From a virus (Duplodnaviria > Caudoviricetes): a DNA stretch of 55,908 nt. A program made the translations under genes and the position numbers. Location of the stretch: the IMG/VR virus record IMGVR_UViG_3300027198_000001, positions 1 through 55,908 of that record; one strand, given 5' to 3'. Shown here in pieces: positions 17,341 to 25,942 of this stretch. The notes under the pieces were generated by a model. The model searched no databases. It was not told where the DNA came from and saw nothing but the letters and a program-made list of their open reading frames with translations. The stretch's first letter is position 1; every line of letters begins with the position of its first letter.

Positions 17341-17655
17341 ATGGGGTTTACTTATAAAGATATTACATACGTTGTCACACCTGACAGCAGTATCCCAGAT
17401 GGCAATGGTGGGGTTATCCCCCTACGTGAGCATCTTGGCATGACGGACGAGGCATTTGGTAAAGCAATGCTTGAACACAGCACTGAGGAAACCCGTAAAG
17501 CTAGGGCGTCTTCTTACCCGTCTATTGGGGATCAACTCGACGCACTGTTTCACGCTGGGGTTTTCCCAACAGAAATGTCGTCTCTGATCCAACAGGTTAA
17601 AGATAGCAATCCAAAGCCAAAAGCAGAACTATCTTCTCAGGAGGCATCAACATGA
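17341..17655 (+). CDS. Tail fibre assembly chaperone-like protein
   Basis: RASSYPSIGDQLDALFH...VKDSNPKP. Confidence 0.7.
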   Translation: MGFTYKDITYVVTPDSSIPDGNGGVIPLREHLGMTDEAFGKAMLEHSTEETRKARASSYPSIGDQLDALFHAGVFPTEMSSLIQQVKDSNPKPKAELSSQEAST

Positions 17656-18251
17656 GTAGATCACGAGCAAGACTAGCCGCAGACTGGTTCGCAAAGCTGC
17701 GGCAGAATGCAGTGACACAAGAGGTCGAGCATACGGATGTTGTGGCTGCTGAAGCTACTGCCACTGCGGCTATCCAAGTTGAGTTAGACGCTAAAGCACC
17801 TCTTGATCATAACCACATTTCTGAGGGGAGTTTCACTGTTGGAGGCAGTGCAAGTACGTACTACCCAGTTATATTTGAGAGACATTGGGGCTGTAAAATC
17901 TTAATATGGAAGCACGTACATAACTATGCAACTTGGGATGGACTTGTAACATTTCAAATTGATACGCATCCTTATGGCTGGGGTGGATATGCCAGTAACT
18001 ACTTTGTTAGACAAAATGTATACTCCAATAGAGCTTTTGTTCATTCTGCTGGTGGCACTGGTGATGCTGGTAGCTACGTGGTTGTATACTTACTCGGAGG
18101 TGGCAGGACTTATCAATATGCTACAAGTGGTCTTCACACAGCAGGGGGTCTTTGGGGCGGTCCTTATTATACTACTACAGCTTTGACTAATAATGGTACT
18201 GTTGGCCCAACCACTTCGGCAGCGAGTCAAGCATATAAGACCATATCATAG
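17652..18251 (+). CDS. Putative fibre / receptor-binding protein
   Basis: Helical N-terminus and aromatic beta-rich C-terminus; followed by a chaperone gene. Confidence 0.6.
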   Translation: MSRSRARLAADWFAKLRQNAVTQEVEHTDVVAAEATATAAIQVELDAKAPLDHNHISEGSFTVGGSASTYYPVIFERHWGCKILIWKHVHNYATWDGLVTFQIDTHPYGWGGYASNYFVRQNVYSNRAFVHSAGGTGDAGSYVVVYLLGGGRTYQYATSGLHTAGGLWGGPYYTTTALTNNGTVGPTTSAASQAYKTIS

Positions 18252-18260
18252 GAGGACTAA

Positions 18261-18602
18261 ATGGAAGATTATACAGCAATTGAAAACCCTTGGGTTGGTA
18301 CATTTGTGGATGCAGATGTTTGGTCTCACACAGAGAACATCCTAATGGGTAAAGCCCCTAGAGACTACCTAGAAGCCCACGGTTGTTTGCCAGAAGATAT
18401 AGACGCAGCACTGTCTGAGCAGCTTCGCATGGAGCGTGACGGCCTGTTAGCTGAAGTAGATGCCTTCGTCGGCAATCCACTGCGCTGGGCTACACTCTCA
18501 GCAGAACAGCAGGATGATTGGGCAGTCTACCGTCAGTCTCTGCTTGATGTGCCACAACAGGCTGGCTTCCCGAAGGATGTCGTGTGGCCTGTTAAACCCT
18601 AA
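18261..18602 (+). CDS. Phage tail assembly chaperone
   Basis: RMERDGLL...WAVYRQSLLDVPQQAGFP..V.WP.KP motif. Confidence 0.85.
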   Translation: MEDYTAIENPWVGTFVDADVWSHTENILMGKAPRDYLEAHGCLPEDIDAALSEQLRMERDGLLAEVDAFVGNPLRWATLSAEQQDDWAVYRQSLLDVPQQAGFPKDVVWPVKP

Positions 18603-18616
18603 CTGAGGATACTTAA

Positions 18617-19294
18617 ATGTTTGGCTTTAGCGCATTATCTATCTCACCATTCTCTACTGATGTAGAAGTACGCTTTGATGTAGTAGGTGTATCTGCTATT
18701 GCTGCAACAAACCCTGTCGTTGTAGTAGCCCCTGCCAACACTAGCTTAGCACCTGTATCTGCTTCTTCTGCGCTGGGCGATGTAGTAGTTACTGCAGATA
18801 GCATTACACCTAGTGCATCTGTATCTGCTGCAAGCTCACTAGGTAATACTATAGTTGTAGCTAAAGCTGTAACTATTCCATTAGGGCTTGCTTCTACTGG
18901 ATATGTAGGTATAACTACTGTAGTAGCTCTATCTAATACACAGATAAACAGCCCAGCGCTAAGCATTACTGTAGGTAATACAAGTGTTATAGCTAAAGCT
19001 GTTACAATCCCTACAGGTGTAGCAGCTAACAGCAATACTAATACAGTAGATACAAGAACTACAAACGTATTTGAGATTAGTTCACCACCACTAAACATCT
19101 ATGCTAGAAGACCTGAGATTCAAGCTGTTCAGTTTAACTATGAGCTTATCAAAGATAGCTACAGCAGAAATAGGGTTGTATACGTAGAGCCTACGGTTAA
19201 AGGCTTTACTGTTTCTATACCAGCAGATCCTTCACAAAGAACCATATACATTGAGGCTACAAACACGGACAGAGTAGTTCGTATTGCAGCATAA
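18617..19294 (+). CDS. Virion structural protein
   Basis: MFGFSALS..PF N-terminus; A/V/T/S-rich repeats. Confidence 0.7.
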   Translation: MFGFSALSISPFSTDVEVRFDVVGVSAIAATNPVVVVAPANTSLAPVSASSALGDVVVTADSITPSASVSAASSLGNTIVVAKAVTIPLGLASTGYVGITTVVALSNTQINSPALSITVGNTSVIAKAVTIPTGVAANSNTNTVDTRTTNVFEISSPPLNIYARRPEIQAVQFNYELIKDSYSRNRVVYVEPTVKGFTVSIPADPSQRTIYIEATNTDRVVRIAA

Positions 19295-19305
19295 GGAATA
19301 CATGA

Positions 19306-19623
19306 ATGTCATATAAGTGGCCTGATAAAGATAAAGATGAGATACTTGACTTCAATGTAGATTGGTCACGCTTCTTGGGTGATGATAACATCTCTGGTGT
19401 TACTTGGTATATTGATGATGCTAATGGTGTTAAGACTGAGGTGTCTGCTGCTGATGTAGTTAACGGTTTGCAGATGGTTCAGAAGACTAACACCTTGAGT
19501 ATATCTACAATCAGACTCTCCCTTGGCATTAATAACGTCAGGTATCTTATTACTTGTAAGGTCACTACAGTAGAGGGTCTACAGTATGAGCGCTCTATCT
19601 ATCTACGTGTTAAGGAGAAGTAA
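19306..19623 (+). CDS. Fibre-tail adaptor-like protein
   Basis: KDKDEILDFNVDW...ERSIYLRVKEK. Confidence 0.7.
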   Translation: MSYKWPDKDKDEILDFNVDWSRFLGDDNISGVTWYIDDANGVKTEVSAADVVNGLQMVQKTNTLSISTIRLSLGINNVRYLITCKVTTVEGLQYERSIYLRVKEK

Positions 19624-19625
19624 GA

Positions 19626-20315
19626 ATGGCATATGACTTTATTGGTCTAGTTAATGACGTTAACAGACGCCTTAACGAAGTAGAACTAACTACAACAAAC
19701 TTTGCTGGCGCACAGGGTTACTATAACCTTACTAAGGATGCTGTTAACGCAGCTATTAGACACATTCACCAAGAAGAGTTTGAATGGCCTTGGAACCATG
19801 CTGAAGAAGAAGAAACCTTAACAGCGGGTGAAGTACGTTATAGTATGCCTTACGATAGTAAGAGTATTAATATGAATAGCTTCCGTATTAAAAGAGATAC
19901 GGCGCTTAATGTACCTACAGTAAAGTTAAAACTGTTAAACTATGAAGATTATCTTGACAAATATGTGGACTATGAGTATAACTCTAGTGAATCTGCTAGA
20001 GGTGTTCCAAGATACGTTGTTAGAGCGCCAAGCCGTGAGTTGCTCTTTGTTCCATCTCCTAACGCAGCCTACGAAGTAGTATACGAGTACTACAGAAATG
20101 GCGTAGACATGCAGAAGGCTGCAGATGTCCCTGTTATCCCTGAGCAGTATCGCCACGTTGTAGTAGACGGTGCAATGTATTATGCTTATGTATTCCGCTC
20201 AGATCTTCAAGCTGCACAACTATCCCAAAGTAAGTTTGCTGATGGCATTAAGAACATGCGTTCCATTAACATCAACCGCACTGAATACCTTAGAGATACA
20301 AGAGTACACTTCTAA
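19626..20315 (+). CDS. Tail tubular protein A / adaptor (T7 gp11-like)
   Basis: LVNDVNRRLNE...WPW...P.P...Y...YEYY; position in the tail module. Confidence 0.75.
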   Translation: MAYDFIGLVNDVNRRLNEVELTTTNFAGAQGYYNLTKDAVNAAIRHIHQEEFEWPWNHAEEEETLTAGEVRYSMPYDSKSINMNSFRIKRDTALNVPTVKLKLLNYEDYLDKYVDYEYNSSESARGVPRYVVRAPSRELLFVPSPNAAYEVVYEYYRNGVDMQKAADVPVIPEQYRHVVVDGAMYYAYVFRSDLQAAQLSQSKFADGIKNMRSININRTEYLRDTRVHF

Positions 20316-21850
20316 TGGCTACTAATTGGCAGACATTCCCTATTGAGTTTAAAGGTGGTCTCATCTCTAATCTCAGCCCTCTCCAGCAGGGTGCTAATGC
20401 CGTAGGTTCTGCTACTATCTTGCAGAACTTTGAACCTGCTCGTTCTGGCGGTTACTCCAAGCTACAGGGTTATACTAAAGTAGATCCTAACATCATCCCA
20501 GGCGTGGGGCGTGTACTGGCTGTTAAAGTTGTTAACCCAGGTGAATACTTAGCTGCACGTAACAATGGATCTGTTACAGAGTATTATAAGTCATCTGGTA
20601 ATGGCTGGACTTCCGTAGGTGCTGCAGCTTTAGCTGGGTCTAAAGTAAGATCTATTGAGTATAACTTTGGCGCAGGTCACTATGTAGTATTTGTAGATTC
20701 CTTTAATTACCCAGCCCTGTATGAAGATGCTACAGATACATTAACCTTCATTAACTCTAATACAGATCTTGAAGGGTCTGAGCAGGTTGCAGTGTTTAAG
20801 AATACTGTGTTCTTCTCTAAAGGTTCAAACCTATACTTCTCTGCCCCTTCATCTTCGCAAGACTTTAGCTCTGCTAATGGTGGTGGTGTTATTAACGTAA
20901 GCCATAAGATTACAGGTCTTATTGCATTCCGTGATCAGCTAATCATCTTTAGCCGCAACAAGATCCAAAGACTTACTGGTAGCACTATTTCTGACTTCCA
21001 GCTTAATCCTATTACAGAGAGCATTGGTTGTCTAGACCCTGACACTATCCAAGAAGTTGGTGGTGACATTATGTATATGTCTCCAGATGGTATTAGACTC
21101 CTTGGTGCTACAGATCGTATTGGTGACTTTGCACTTGAAGTAGCTTCTGATCCTATTGCTGATGACGTATACAAGTTTGCTCAGAGTACGTCTAACTTCT
21201 GTTCTATTGTAGTTAGAGAGAAGGCTCAGTATCGTATCTTTGCATATACAGAGTCAGAACAGTCTAAGGTTGCTCGTGGGTTGTTGGTTACAAAGTTCTC
21301 CAACCAAGGTTCAACAGACATGGCTTGGGGTGAGTGTTCTGGTATCAAAGCTTTTGTAGCAGACTCTAAGTATACAGAGTCAAGTGAGACTATTGTCTTT
21401 GCTAACGAGACAGGTTATCTTTACGTTATGGAACAGGGTTCTAGCTTTGATGGAGAACCTATTGAAGCTATTTACGAATCTCCCTATATGCCTATCTCTG
21501 ATCCACAGATGCGTAAGACCTTTTATAAGTTAACATCTTATATTGACCCTAGAGGGGCTTTTGATATTGATTTATCTGTAAAGTATGACTTTACTCGCTC
21601 TAATAATCAAAACCTTATCCAGCCAGCCTCTACTAGCGTATCTAGCTCTGGACTGTCTGTATTCTTTTATGGTGCTGTTACTGCTACATACAGTCAGGCT
21701 ACTTATGGTGGATCTCTAGACAAGGTTTATCAGAACCAGATTATTGGATCAGGAAAGACTATTTCAATTCGCATTGAAGACAACTCAACAAACCCCTCAT
21801 TTACACTGGATACAGTACTCTTAGAGTACACCCAGAATGACAGACAATAA
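20315..21850 (+). CDS. Tail tubular protein B / nozzle
   Basis: 511 aa beta-propeller-like (F.GGL; SIGCL.PDTIQEVGGD); follows the adaptor gene. Confidence 0.75.
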   Translation: MATNWQTFPIEFKGGLISNLSPLQQGANAVGSATILQNFEPARSGGYSKLQGYTKVDPNIIPGVGRVLAVKVVNPGEYLAARNNGSVTEYYKSSGNGWTSVGAAALAGSKVRSIEYNFGAGHYVVFVDSFNYPALYEDATDTLTFINSNTDLEGSEQVAVFKNTVFFSKGSNLYFSAPSSSQDFSSANGGGVINVSHKITGLIAFRDQLIIFSRNKIQRLTGSTISDFQLNPITESIGCLDPDTIQEVGGDIMYMSPDGIRLLGATDRIGDFALEVASDPIADDVYKFAQSTSNFCSIVVREKAQYRIFAYTESEQSKVARGLLVTKFSNQGSTDMAWGECSGIKAFVADSKYTESSETIVFANETGYLYVMEQGSSFDGEPIEAIYESPYMPISDPQMRKTFYKLTSYIDPRGAFDIDLSVKYDFTRSNNQNLIQPASTSVSSSGLSVFFYGAVTATYSQATYGGSLDKVYQNQIIGSGKTISIRIEDNSTNPSFTLDTVLLEYTQNDRQ

Positions 21851-21865
21851 TAAGGAAGCTATCTT

Positions 21866-23761
21866 ATGGTAGGTTACACACGCCAAGATACGGCAAACAA
21901 CATTGCTAACGGTAACGTAATTGATGCGGATGACCTTGATAGCGAGTTTAACGCTGTTGAGGATTCCTTTAATGCCATTAGTGGTCACACACATGATGGC
22001 ACCCCAGGGAATGGCTCTCCTGTCACTAAGGTAGGGCCATCACAAGATATTATTGTAGGTACAACTAACATACTACCTAAAGGTACTAATACCATTGACC
22101 TTGGCTCTGCTGCTGCTCAGTTTAAGGATGCTTGGTTTGATGGTACAGTAAGCACAGACACACTTAATGTAGGTGTTTCTGGTTTCACTACTATTGTAGA
22201 TAACGAGTATGATGTAGCTTCTGGTAACCTTACATTTGATGTAGCTGGTGATATTGTTCTAGATGCAGATGGTGGTGACGTATATCTTAAAGATGGTGGT
22301 GTAGACTTTGGTAGACTTGTAAACAATGCTAACCAATTGTCCGTCTACTCTGGTACAACAGAGGCTTTAGCTCTAAGCGGTGCTAACACTTCTGCTAAGG
22401 GTTCTTTAGCTGTAGCTACTAACGCTACCGTTGGTGGTACTCTAGCTGTAACAGGTAACACATCTGTATCTGCAGGTAACCTTACAGTTAACACAGGAAA
22501 CGTAAACATTGGTGGTACTCTAGGTGTTACTGGTACAATTACAGGTACTCTTAGCGGCACTGTATCTTCTTTGGGTAACCACACTACAAACAGCCTTGCT
22601 GAAGGTACTAAGCTCTACTACACAGACGCCAGAGTTAAAGCTGCTATTGGTGTAACAGACGCTGGCGGTGACGGTAGCCTGACATACTCAAATGGTAACA
22701 TCACTTACACTGGCCCTTCTGCTACAGAGGTGAGAAATCACTTTAGTGCAGGTACTGGTGTAGGTATTGCTGGTGGTGTTGTCTCTATTGGACAGCCCGT
22801 AGGTACTACATCAAATGTTGTATTTAACAACGTAACTGCTTCTGGTAATGCTGTTATTAATGGTAACCTTACAGTATCTGGTACAACTACTACTATCAAT
22901 ACTGAGACTGTAAACATTGCTGATAACCAGATTGTACTCAACTCTAACTTTACAGGTGCAACACCTACTCAGAATGGTGGTATTGAGATTGAGCGTGGCA
23001 CACAGCCAAACAAGACATTTGTATGGGATGAGACTACTGATAAGTGGACTGTAGGTAGTGAAGCTCTTGTAGCTGGCAGCTTCCAAGGACCACTAACAGG
23101 TAATGCTTCTACAGCAACTGCACTACAAACAGCACGTACTATTAGTCTTGCTGGTGATGTATCTGGCTCTGTATCATTCAATGGTACATCTAACGTAAGC
23201 ATCACTGCTGTAGTAGCAGACAATAGCCACAACCACGTTATCAGTAACATTGATGGATTGCAGACAGAGATTGATACTAAAGCTGAAAAAGCTGGCTCTA
23301 TTACACAAGTCTTTAACTGCGAAAGTTTAACTGTAGGTAGTGGCGGAGCCTCCTACATTTACATGCAGGACAACGATCATGGAACACGTAGCATCCATAA
23401 CAACTCAAACCAAGTAGGCTTTTTGACACAGGCAGGTAATTGGGGTTCCTACTGTGATGACAATGGTAACTGGACTGCTGTAGGTAACGTAACTGCTTAT
23501 TCTGACAGACGCCTCAAGTCTGATATTGTTACAATTCCTAATGCTTTGGATACTGTGTCTAAGCTTCGTGGTGTTAACTTCACCAAAGACGGTAAAGCAT
23601 CTACAGGTGTTATTGCTCAAGAAGTACAGGAAGTAATGCCAGAGGTTGTACACGTAGGTGAAGAGTATCTCTCTGTAGCTTATGGCAACCTTGTTGGTGT
23701 ACTTATTGAGGCGGTTAAAGAGCTTAAAGCTGAAGTAGAAGCTCTCAAGAAAGGTCTGTGA
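21866..23761 (+). CDS. Main tail fibre with C-terminal intramolecular chaperone (peptidase S74)
   Basis: YSDRRLKSDI...GVIAQEVQEVMPE...VAYGNLVGVLIEAVKEL. Confidence 0.9.
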   Translation: MVGYTRQDTANNIANGNVIDADDLDSEFNAVEDSFNAISGHTHDGTPGNGSPVTKVGPSQDIIVGTTNILPKGTNTIDLGSAAAQFKDAWFDGTVSTDTLNVGVSGFTTIVDNEYDVASGNLTFDVAGDIVLDADGGDVYLKDGGVDFGRLVNNANQLSVYSGTTEALALSGANTSAKGSLAVATNATVGGTLAVTGNTSVSAGNLTVNTGNVNIGGTLGVTGTITGTLSGTVSSLGNHTTNSLAEGTKLYYTDARVKAAIGVTDAGGDGSLTYSNGNITYTGPSATEVRNHFSAGTGVGIAGGVVSIGQPVGTTSNVVFNNVTASGNAVINGNLTVSGTTTTINTETVNIADNQIVLNSNFTGATPTQNGGIEIERGTQPNKTFVWDETTDKWTVGSEALVAGSFQGPLTGNASTATALQTARTISLAGDVSGSVSFNGTSNVSITAVVADNSHNHVISNIDGLQTEIDTKAEKAGSITQVFNCESLTVGSGGASYIYMQDNDHGTRSIHNNSNQVGFLTQAGNWGSYCDDNGNWTAVGNVTAYSDRRLKSDIVTIPNALDTVSKLRGVNFTKDGKASTGVIAQEVQEVMPEVVHVGEEYLSVAYGNLVGVLIEAVKELKAEVEALKKGL

Positions 23762-23762
23762 T

Positions 23763-24749
23763 ATGGCACTTCAAGCACCAGGACAAGCAATATCACTATC
23801 ACAGATACAAGAAGAGTTTGGTGGGTCTAGCCCTATCAGCCTCTCTGAGTATTGGGGCTTAGCAACAGGCTTACCTACATCAGGGCAGACCATAAGTGCT
23901 TATGATTTCTACAGTAAATCCTTCCTAGTTACGGAGGTGATTACATCCAGCAGAACTTGGACACCTAAACTCAACAAAGCCGCCTACATACACATCTTCG
24001 TATTTGGTGCTGGTGGCTCTGGTGGCTCTGCAGAGTGTGACAACTCTTCTAGTTTTGGTAACCCAGCAGGTACGGCTGCTGCCGCTGGTGGAGGTGGAGG
24101 AGGTTTCTGTTACTCTAAAATACCCGCAGCTTCCGCATCCAGTTCCACTATTACCATAGGCACAGGTGGAGCGGGAGTGAGAAGCGCTTTTGACCACTAC
24201 CTAGTTGGCAATGCTGGCAGTCATAGTGGGTTTGTAGGGTCTGGCCTAAATATGATAGCCTATGGTGGCGGCGGGGGTGGCGCTCGTGAGATATCAACAG
24301 TAGGCTCAGATACTAGCACTGCTGCTGCTGCTGTTGGAGGCAGTGCCTCTGGCGGTAACCAGCTAAACTATACAGGCGGTGCGTCTGGCGGTGCAATTGC
24401 ATCTGCTACTGAATCTACGTGCGCCTCTGGTGGTGGTTGCGCAGTAATAGATGGTAACAGCGGAGCAAGTGCATCTGTTATTAGTAGTCAAACAAGTGAT
24501 GGTGCAAGAATTAGTAATAACTCCTCTTGGCCTACGTATCTATCAACTTACCAGCAAGGCCGCTCTCAGTCACCTATTCTTGGCAGTACAATCTATAGTT
24601 TTGATGCGACTAGTGGTGTGCGTAATGGAAATTCCTCAAATGCAGGATATGGCGCAGGTTCTGGTGGCTCTGTTGACAGGAGTACCTCAGCAGATCATCT
24701 AAGCGGAAATGGTGGCAACGGCATTGTTATCATCGTATATGAGGTGTAA
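23763..24749 (+). CDS. Glycine-rich tail protein
   Basis: ISLSQIQEEFGG N-terminus; GAGGSGG...GNGGNGIVII. Confidence 0.75.
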   Translation: MALQAPGQAISLSQIQEEFGGSSPISLSEYWGLATGLPTSGQTISAYDFYSKSFLVTEVITSSRTWTPKLNKAAYIHIFVFGAGGSGGSAECDNSSSFGNPAGTAAAAGGGGGGFCYSKIPAASASSSTITIGTGGAGVRSAFDHYLVGNAGSHSGFVGSGLNMIAYGGGGGGAREISTVGSDTSTAAAAVGGSASGGNQLNYTGGASGGAIASATESTCASGGGCAVIDGNSGASASVISSQTSDGARISNNSSWPTYLSTYQQGRSQSPILGSTIYSFDATSGVRNGNSSNAGYGAGSGGSVDRSTSADHLSGNGGNGIVIIVYEV

Positions 24750-24753
24750 TGAA

Positions 24754-25131
24754 ATGACATACTCACTAGGAAACAAAAGCCTACAAACGCTAGAAGGTGT
24801 ACACCCCGACCTTGTAGCTGTAGTTAAACTAGCCATCACTCTTACAGAGCAAGACTTTTCTGTAGGTGAAGGTCTTAGATCAGTAGAACGCCAGAAGACA
24901 CTCGTAGCTGCTGGTAAGTCTACAACAATGAATAGCAGACACATTACTGGACATGCTGTAGATCTCTTTCCGTATCCTGTGTCATGGGACTGGAAGTACT
25001 TTCACCCTATTGCTGATGCTATGAAGCAAGCAGCACAAACACTAAACATCGACTTGCAATGGGGTGGTGACTGGAAGTCTTTCCCTGATGGCCCTCACTT
25101 TCAACTATCACGGAAAGCTTACCCAAAATGA
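24754..25131 (+). CDS. Endolysin, peptidase M15 family
   Basis: LEGVHPDL...EGLRS.ERQ...SRHITGHAVD...WGGDW..F.DGPHFQL. Confidence 0.9.
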   Translation: MTYSLGNKSLQTLEGVHPDLVAVVKLAITLTEQDFSVGEGLRSVERQKTLVAAGKSTTMNSRHITGHAVDLFPYPVSWDWKYFHPIADAMKQAAQTLNIDLQWGGDWKSFPDGPHFQLSRKAYPK

Positions 25132-25388
25132 CCACAGAGCCTTGGCACCTATCTAAATCCGTACCTGCAACCTTGGTCTTTGCTATTGCGATGCAGACTG
25201 TTGCACTCATCTGGTTCGTAGCTTCTATGAATAATGCAGTAGAGTCCAACAAGGTTAGCATCGTTAAACTTGAGACTAGACAAGAAACACTATCTACTAT
25301 GGTACAGCAGCAAGCTGTGACTTCTGCTCGTATGGACGAGAATATCAAAGCTATCCGTACTGCTGTAGAGGCTATGGCTGGAAGATGA
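25128..25388 (+). CDS. Membrane protein of the lysis cassette (holin-like)
   Basis: One TM segment plus coiled coil; ATGA overlap with the endolysin. Confidence 0.6.
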   Translation: MTTEPWHLSKSVPATLVFAIAMQTVALIWFVASMNNAVESNKVSIVKLETRQETLSTMVQQQAVTSARMDENIKAIRTAVEAMAGR

Positions 25389-25594
25389 AACCTAAGACGT
25401 ACAAACGTGAAGTAGCTATACTCTTGTTTGTTTGGCTTGCCTACCTTGTGGAAACTAAAGATGTTAACATCATTGAGATCTTGGTCTGGCCTGTCTTTAC
25501 GTTTAGCGCTTTGGCTTTCGGTATGGATTGGTTTGGTAAGTCTGGCGGGGTGCGGGGTCAGCCCACTGAGCCTACTGACGGGCGGCGGGACTAA
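25385..25594 (+). CDS. Putative holin
   Basis: Two short TM segments and a charged C-terminus; within the lysis cassette. Confidence 0.6.
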   Translation: MKPKTYKREVAILLFVWLAYLVETKDVNIIEILVWPVFTFSALAFGMDWFGKSGGVRGQPTEPTDGRRD

Positions 25595-25826
25595 CGTAGC
25601 TGCAAACACACAGTTAGGTAAAGAGAATAACCAGACTGTCGGAGTAGTTAGTAACACTAGACCACAGATGCGGATAGAAGCCCCTGTAGATACTGTAATA
25701 CAGGATACGAGTACTAACACAGAAGTAGACCCTCTCATGCTGCTTCTACTAATTGCAGGATGGTTAGCGCCTAGCCCTGGTGAGATAGGTAGAAGTTTCA
25801 TTGGATTATTTCGTAGAAGGCCTTGA
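25461..25826 (+). CDS. Putative unimolecular spanin
   Basis: N-terminal signal with lipobox LAGC plus C-terminal TM (LMLLLLIAGWLAP); start codon uncertain. Confidence 0.65.
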   Translation: MLTSLRSWSGLSLRLALWLSVWIGLVSLAGCGVSPLSLLTGGGTNVAANTQLGKENNQTVGVVSNTRPQMRIEAPVDTVIQDTSTNTEVDPLMLLLLIAGWLAPSPGEIGRSFIGLFRRRP

Positions 25827-25832
25827 CTGCTA

Positions 25833-25862
25833 TTGCTTTATATGCAGCTAAGTGATATAACT
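25833..25862 (+). promoter_or_regulatory. Sigma70-like promoter of the internal virion protein operon
   Basis: TTGCTT-N17-TATAACT in an intergenic gap. Confidence 0.5.
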
Positions 25863-25942
25863 ACCACTATAACCCTCCCCAACACATAAATATATAACTG
25901 CAGCTATTTACTTGAGGCTGGGTAATAACAAGGACTATTATA

